Assembly: GCA_039934615.1 (NCBI GenBank)
Contig: JBDTLV010000015.1
Span: 1,151-65,150 of the forward strand
Direction: 5' to 3'
DNA length: 64,000 nt
Source of the DNA: Tahibacter sp.
Lineage (GTDB): Bacteria; Pseudomonadota; Gammaproteobacteria; Xanthomonadales; Rhodanobacteraceae
Position numbers and translations under genes: made by a program. The notes under the pieces were generated by a model that saw only the letters and a program-made list of their open reading frames with translations, had not been told where the DNA came from and did not search any database. Of this stretch, positions 59,095-64,000 are shown piece after piece. The number at the start of each line of letters is the position of its first letter. Positions within the stretch are counted from its first letter, which is position 1.

Positions 59095-61928
59095 GAGGAT
59101 GCCTCGGTGCGCACACGGGGTGGATTCGGGGCGAACCACCCCACGATCATCAGCAGTCCTCCGACCGCCAATACACCCAGAATCGCCGAGAGGTCGCTCA
59201 GGTGGCTGCGGTCGATGAGGACCAGCTTGGCAATGACGAGTCCGACCAGCGCAGCGCCGCCGATCCAGATGGGACGCGAACTGCGCCGCGCGCCGATCAG
59301 CATGCCCGCCAAGCCGGCCAGGCACCAGACGACCGAAAGGCAGGCCTGTGCGAGCGCAGAGTGGAACATCGCGTCATTCCATGGCACCTCGCCGAGAAAA
59401 TGCACGGCGCGCAAGGTGATGCTGGTGAGCAGCGAAAAACCGATCAGTGCCAGCATCTGCGCACGAAATGGCGCCTCGAACCGAGCGGTGCCTTCGGCGT
59501 TGGCGCGCCGGAACCACATCAGTAGACCGAACACGAAGCCCAATTGCGCGAGTTCCAGCGGATTGAGGATGGGCACGTAGCTCAGCGGGGTCGGTGCGCC
59601 TTCGGCGAACAGTCCAGTCAGCCAGACCAAGCCGAGCACCGTTGCCAGGCTCATCAGCAGGCCGCCACGGGCGGTCTCGGCATCTTCGTCCAGCGGAAAA
59701 CGCAGCACGGCAAGACGCGTCAGCGTTCCGGCGAAGGCCGCAGCGATGGGAGCGAATGTCAGCAGAACCTGCCAGATGACCGCAAGCTCGAGCTGTGTGC
59801 CACTCCAGTGATAAGCCTGGCTGGCGAGGAGCATCGACCATGTCCAGGTGTGAATAAAGTGAACAAAAGAAAGAAGTGGGGCGTCGGAACGCAGCAGGTT
59901 CTGCTGGGTACGCAGCGCCGCAGCGAACCACACCAGCCACGCCAGCGCGCCGAAGCCGCCCAGCGGGCCTTGGTTGGCGAAGTACATCGGCGCGATCAGC
60001 AATGGTGCAGCCAGGAAACCGGCAAGCGCTGGCCATTGGCAATCGCGCCAACTCAGGCGCAGCCGCAGCTCGCTGGCCAGTACAGTGGTGAATGCAACAA
60101 AACCCAAAATCCAGTTCGCGTGCTCGCCAGCGAGAGCGAAACGGTCGATTTCGTGCAATCCCAGCAATAGCCACCACAGCAATGCCCAGACGAACAGCAG
60201 GTGCGTCATCGGCGTGGGATCTTCCGCCCTTGAGAGCAGTCGCGCGCTGATGAAGCCGGCGGCGCAGACCAGCGCGAGGGCCAGAAAATCGCCATTCAGA
60301 ATCGCCAGAACACCCTCGGATGCGGGTTGTGCCAGGCCCGACGACAGCAGCGAGACGCCCGCGGCGAGTTGCAACACGTAACCGATCCAGCGCGGCAGTT
60401 GGCGTTGCTGGCGCAGACCCAGCCAGACCAGGGCGGCACCTTCTACCGCCCAGGCGCATGCGGTGGCGCGCGCCGATAGCGCAAGTGGCACAGCGAGCGT
60501 GGCGAAACCGAGGGCGAGCAGAGCGTGCGACTGGCCGAGCACGGTGAAAGCCAGACGCCTGCGTGCGAACCAGGCAACTCCGACGTGCACGGCTGCGAGC
60601 ACCATCGCCGAAATCGCCAGCCGTTGGGTATCGCCATCAAGCAGCGCGGTCTGCAGCGGAAATGCAATCAGGGGCAAACCGAAAACGAGGCTGCCATCGA
60701 CGAAGCCGCGCTTTTCTTCCGGCTGCCGCAGCGCGTACAGCACGGGTATCAAAAGGTAGAATGCGTAGTAGAGGATCAGGAACGGTTCAGTGCTCGAGAG
60801 CAGTTCCGGGCGATAGCTGAGGCTTCCCCACGCAGCGCCGACGACGAAGGTGAATACGAATCCGATCAGGTTCAGTGCGCGCCAGGACTTGATCCACGCG
60901 ATGCCGAAAATGGCCGCATTGAGTACGGCGTAATAAGTGAACAATGAAACATGATCGCCGTTGTTGCTGGACGCAATGATCGGCGCCAGGAAACCACCCA
61001 CGATACCGAGTACGGCGAGCGCGATCGCGTCCTGCGCCACCGCAAGTACGCCAACTCCGGCGACGAGCAGAATCAGCAACACGAATGTCCCCGTCGCGGG
61101 AATCAGGTGATAGAGCCGATACGCGCCGAATACGACGAGAATCAGCACGCCGATTGCGCCGCCCTGCAGGCTCAGCGCGAAGGCGCGATGGCTCTCGCGC
61201 TTGCGCCAGGCGAATACCAGGCCTGCGAGGGCAACTGCCGCAATGCCCGCCAGGCGCAATTCGATCGGCATGCGCAGCCAGCCTTGATCGGCGGCATATT
61301 TCATCAGCGCGCCGACGCCGAGGAACAGGACCAGCACGCCGATCTTGACCGGCACGTTGCCCTCGGTGAACCAGCGCTTGACGGCATCGATGGCGCGCCC
61401 GGCGAGATCCGGTTCGCGCGGGCTTTCAGCGACAACCACGGGCCTGGGAATGCGCGGCGGAATCGGCGCGGGCTCGCTTGCATCGAAGACCGCCCGCCCC
61501 ACGGGTGGCAGCGCCGGCGCGCTGAGGTCGGGAACATCGAATACGAAATTGACCGGCAACTCGCGCGGCGCTGGGTTTGCCTTCTCCACCAGGATATTTT
61601 GAGAAATATCCGCTGTTACGACGGATGCCAGGGTCGGTTCTGCGCTCGGCTGGACCGGCATAGCACCGGCGCGCGGCACTGCGCGGTCACGCGCCGAGGC
61701 TTCGCGTTGCGCGGCATCCGCGGTGGCGCGCTGCGGGGCGAGGTTGGTCAGGGTGCGCAGGGCGCGTTCAACGTCGTCGAGTCGCCGCCGCTGCGTCTGG
61801 ATGATTCCGGCCAGCAAGCCTGCGACCGCGCCGAACACTGCCCCCAGCCACCCGGTATCCCCGTTGAACATGACGCCGCCGACGAACGCGCCCGCGAACA
61901 GACCGATCAATGCCAGCAGCCAGATCAT
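59091..61928 (-). CDS. DUF2339-family polytopic membrane protein
   Basis: 945 aa. It has an N-terminal TM pair, a charged helix (QRRRLDDVERALRTL) and a Pro-rich linker. After these come more than 20 hydrophobic helices. Confidence 0.7.
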   Translation of the reverse strand: MIWLLALIGLFAGAFVGGVMFNGDTGWLGAVFGAVAGLLAGIIQTQRRRLDDVERALRTLTNLAPQRATADAAQREASARDRAVPRAGAMPVQPSAEPTLASVVTADISQNILVEKANPAPRELPVNFVFDVPDLSAPALPPVGRAVFDASEPAPIPPRIPRPVVVAESPREPDLAGRAIDAVKRWFTEGNVPVKIGVLVLFLGVGALMKYAADQGWLRMPIELRLAGIAAVALAGLVFAWRKRESHRAFALSLQGGAIGVLILVVFGAYRLYHLIPATGTFVLLILLVAGVGVLAVAQDAIALAVLGIVGGFLAPIIASSNNGDHVSLFTYYAVLNAAIFGIAWIKSWRALNLIGFVFTFVVGAAWGSLSYRPELLSSTEPFLILYYAFYLLIPVLYALRQPEEKRGFVDGSLVFGLPLIAFPLQTALLDGDTQRLAISAMVLAAVHVGVAWFARRRLAFTVLGQSHALLALGFATLAVPLALSARATACAWAVEGAALVWLGLRQQRQLPRWIGYVLQLAAGVSLLSSGLAQPASEGVLAILNGDFLALALVCAAGFISARLLSRAEDPTPMTHLLFVWALLWWLLLGLHEIDRFALAGEHANWILGFVAFTTVLASELRLRLSWRDCQWPALAGFLAAPLLIAPMYFANQGPLGGFGALAWLVWFAAALRTQQNLLRSDAPLLSFVHFIHTWTWSMLLASQAYHWSGTQLELAVIWQVLLTFAPIAAAFAGTLTRLAVLRFPLDEDAETARGGLLMSLATVLGLVWLTGLFAEGAPTPLSYVPILNPLELAQLGFVFGLLMWFRRANAEGTARFEAPFRAQMLALIGFSLLTSITLRAVHFLGEVPWNDAMFHSALAQACLSVVWCLAGLAGMLIGARRSSRPIWIGGAALVGLVIAKLVLIDRSHLSDLSAILGVLAVGGLLMIVGWFAPNPPRVRTEASS

Positions 61929-62000
61929 GTGTCCTTCCCCTTGTTGAGCAGCACTCTACCGAGATTCGCGTTAGGCGCGCGTTGCGGTGAATTTTCCATT

Positions 62001-62915
62001 TCAGTACACGGGTTTATCACCCGGCGGACGGGTCTTGAAACGTTTGTGCAGCCACAGATATTGCTCCGGTGCCTCACGCACCATGGCCTCGATGGCGGTA
62101 TTCACCCGTGCCGTGTCGGCGAGCACGTCATCGCTCGGAAAGTCCGCCAGCGCCGGCGCAATCCGCAAGGCGTAGCTGCCGTCGGGCAGGCGCCGGTGAA
62201 AGAACGGCAAGACCTGCGCGCCGGACAGGCGGGCCAAATGGTGCGTGGCGGTAATGGTCGCGGCAGGCACGTTGAAAAATGGCACGAAGACCGAATCCTT
62301 GCCGCGCATATCCTGGTCCGGCGCGTACCAGACTGTGCCGCCGCGCTTGAGATAGCGGACGGTCGCACGAAGCTCGTCCTTGGCGAACATCGCATCGGCA
62401 TAGTGCAGTCGCGCGGCCAGCACAGCGCGTTCGAACACAGCACTGTCCATGACGCGATACATGCCAGCGATGCGGATCCGCTGCGACACGAGCCTTGCGC
62501 ACAATTCCAGGTGTGAAAAATGTCCGCCCACCAGTAGCACGCCCTGACCGGAGTCGCGTGCTGCCTGCAGATGCTCCAGTCCTTCGATGCGACAGGGGAT
62601 CGAGGCGATTGCCGCATCGCTGCCGAACCAGGCCAGCGCGAACTCGACCAGCATTCGACCGCTGTCGCGCAGGGTCGCCTGCAGCAACGCTTCGCGCTGG
62701 AGGTGATCCATGTCCGGAAAGCACTGCGCAAGGTTGCGCCGCGCGATGTGCGCCCGAGCAAACAACAGGTGTTGGGCGATCCATCCGGCTACGCTGCCGA
62801 TGCGGTGCAAGACCGGCAGCGGCAACCGCGCAAGCGCGCGAACCGTGGCCAGTCCCAGCAGGGACGGCCAGTAGCGGGGCGAGTGCAACGGGGTAGGGGC
62901 AGTCGGGCTGGGCAT
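62001..62915 (-). CDS. lpxL: lipid A biosynthesis lauroyl/myristoyl (Kdo2-lipid IVA) acyltransferase
   Basis: 304 aa. It has an N-terminal anchor with P.YWP..LG, the acyltransferase motif GGHFSHLE and the late APDQD..G. It is divergent from waaA. Confidence 0.85.
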   Translation of the reverse strand: MPSPTAPTPLHSPRYWPSLLGLATVRALARLPLPVLHRIGSVAGWIAQHLLFARAHIARRNLAQCFPDMDHLQREALLQATLRDSGRMLVEFALAWFGSDAAIASIPCRIEGLEHLQAARDSGQGVLLVGGHFSHLELCARLVSQRIRIAGMYRVMDSAVFERAVLAARLHYADAMFAKDELRATVRYLKRGGTVWYAPDQDMRGKDSVFVPFFNVPAATITATHHLARLSGAQVLPFFHRRLPDGSYALRIAPALADFPSDDVLADTARVNTAIEAMVREAPEQYLWLHKRFKTRPPGDKPVY

Positions 62916-63012
62916 GCCGTGGGAGTTTAGCGGACGCGGACCCGCGCATGCGGACGCGACGCGGTCAGCGGGCAGCCCCGCTATACTGCCGCACCGTCCG
63001 ATCCGAGTCGCC

Positions 63013-64000
63013 GTGTTCCCGCGCTTTCTCTATACGTTCGTGATGTACCTGTTGACGCCGGTGATCTTGTTCCGGCTGGCACGGCGTGGCCTGCACTACC
63101 GCAGCTACCTGGGCCGCTGGCGCGAACGTTTTGGTTTCTTCCCCGATCCCGGATTCGACGCGAGTATCTGGATCCATGCGGTGTCGGTCGGCGAGGTCAA
63201 CGCGGCGCTGCCGCTGATCGAAGCGCTAATGCTTCGCCATGCGGATACGCCGTTCGTGATCACCACGATCACGCCGACCGGGTCCGAGCGCGTGCAAAAA
63301 GTGTTTGGTGAGCGCGTCTTTCACGTCTACCTGCCGTACGACCTGCCAGCTTCAGTGCGCCGGTTCCTCAGTCGCGTGCGGCCACGTCTGGGCGTGGTCA
63401 TGGAAACAGAAATCTGGCCGAACCTTTTCGTGGAATGTGAAAAACGCGGCGTTCCGGTGGTTGTAGCGAATGCGCGTTTGTCGCAAAAGAGTTTGCGCGG
63501 CTACGGGCCGGTGCGACCGCTGGCACGTCGCGCGATCCGTTCGGCACGATTCGTCGCCGCGCAATCCGCGCTGGATGCGGAGCGTTTGCTGGAACTGGGC
63601 GCGGACTCCAGCCGTCTCGCGGTGCTCGGCAACGTCAAGTTCGACATGGCGGTGCCGGCCAACCTCGCCGAGCACGGACGCAACGTGCGTGCCGCGTGGG
63701 GTCAGCACCGACCGGTGTGGATCGCGGCAAGCACGCATGAAGGCGAGGAACTCACCGTGCTCAAGGCGCATGCCGCCGTGCTGCGGCGCTTTCCCGATGC
63801 ACTGTTGTTGATCGCGCCGCGTCACCCGGAACGATTCAGACCGGTTTCCCTGGCCTGCCGCAGCTTCGGCTACAACACCCGAACCCGCAGCGAAGATGTC
63901 TCCGCCCAGGTCGAGACGCAATGCTTCGTGGTAGATACGCTGGGAGAATTGCTGCGCTACTTTGCTTGCTGCGACATCGCTTTCGTCGGTGGAAGCCTGG
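63013..64000 (+). CDS. waaA: 3-deoxy-D-manno-octulosonic acid (Kdo) transferase, 3-prime end truncated by the window
   Basis: This gene is not in the ORF track because it has no stop codon in the window. My own translation from GTG 63013 gives VFPRFLYTFVMYLLTPVILFRLARRG...IWIHAVSVGEVNAALPLIEAL...ITTITPTGSE...METEIWPNL...PVVVANARLS...WIAASTHEGEE...LIAPRHPERF...FVGGSL. Confidence 0.85.
   Translation, partial: MFPRFLYTFVMYLLTPVILFRLARRGLHYRSYLGRWRERFGFFPDPGFDASIWIHAVSVGEVNAALPLIEALMLRHADTPFVITTITPTGSERVQKVFGERVFHVYLPYDLPASVRRFLSRVRPRLGVVMETEIWPNLFVECEKRGVPVVVANARLSQKSLRGYGPVRPLARRAIRSARFVAAQSALDAERLLELGADSSRLAVLGNVKFDMAVPANLAEHGRNVRAAWGQHRPVWIAASTHEGEELTVLKAHAAVLRRFPDALLLIAPRHPERFRPVSLACRSFGYNTRTRSEDVSAQVETQCFVVDTLGELLRYFACCDIAFVGGSL

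Noticed and set aside
60951-62516. 521-aa plus-strand ORF.
   Set aside because: It is antisense to both the DUF2339 gene and lpxL, crossing their intergenic gap. It is a shadow ORF.
62916-63012. Putative waaA promoter: TATACT at 62982-62987, and the duplicated GCGGACGCG 9-mer.
   Set aside because: There is no acceptable -35 element at 16-18 bp spacing, and the 9-mer repeat is GC-rich low complexity. The evidence is too weak to call a promoter.

Overview
High-GC (by eye about two-thirds G+C) chromosomal segment from a Gram-negative proteobacterium. Gene content and protein sequences look gammaproteobacterial and Xanthomonadales-like, but that is inference only. I call 47 protein-coding genes, 4 hairpin terminators and a few palindromes and repeats. 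I found no rRNA, tRNA, CRISPR array, transposase, integrase or phage genes.

Blocks:
1. 0.1-4.4 kb: small exported proteins, an alpha/beta hydrolase, an MDR oxidoreductase and a LysE exporter.
2. 4.5-16.8 kb: a contiguous cytosine/uracil -> beta-alanine -> acetyl-CoA catabolic cluster (codA, omega-aminotransferase, mmsA, carbamoyl-beta-alanine amidohydrolase, preT, preA, NCS1 permease, dihydropyrimidinase).
3. 17.1-19.8 kb: a large secreted beta-propeller/di-heme protein.
4. 19.9-22.7 kb: a BaeSR-like two-component pair plus a Spy/CpxP-like gene.
5. 23.6-27.3 kb: an uncharacterised trio of a DUF805 protein, an FAD-oxidase::methyltransferase fusion and an exported protein.
6. 27.4-37.7 kb: the sulfate assimilation regulon (cysK, cysG, cysB-like, sat-cysC fusion, cysH, cysI, cysJ).
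7. 38.3-41.0 kb: a secreted lysyl-endopeptidase-like protease.
8. 41.1-46.4 kb: glnE, an ELM1-like gene, rutE-like and yceI.
9. 46.8-50.5 kb: a translationally coupled pair, a wHTH-STAND NTPase-TM-TPR giant protein plus a 129-aa beta-rich protein.
10. 50.9-53.8 kb: cobS, a hypothetical gene and a Yip1-domain protein.
11. 54.0-64.0 kb: LPS core/lipid A genes (GT4, O-antigen-ligase-like, GT2, lpxL, waaA), interrupted by a DUF2339/DUF3999 pair.

The best candidate for an undescribed system is the STAND module at 46.8-50.5 kb. Secondary candidates are the FAD-oxidase::methyltransferase trio, the DUF2339/DUF3999 pair, the beta-propeller/di-heme protein and an orphan intrinsic terminator at 38.0 kb. 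All family assignments come from reading motifs by eye against remembered family signatures. No database search was run.
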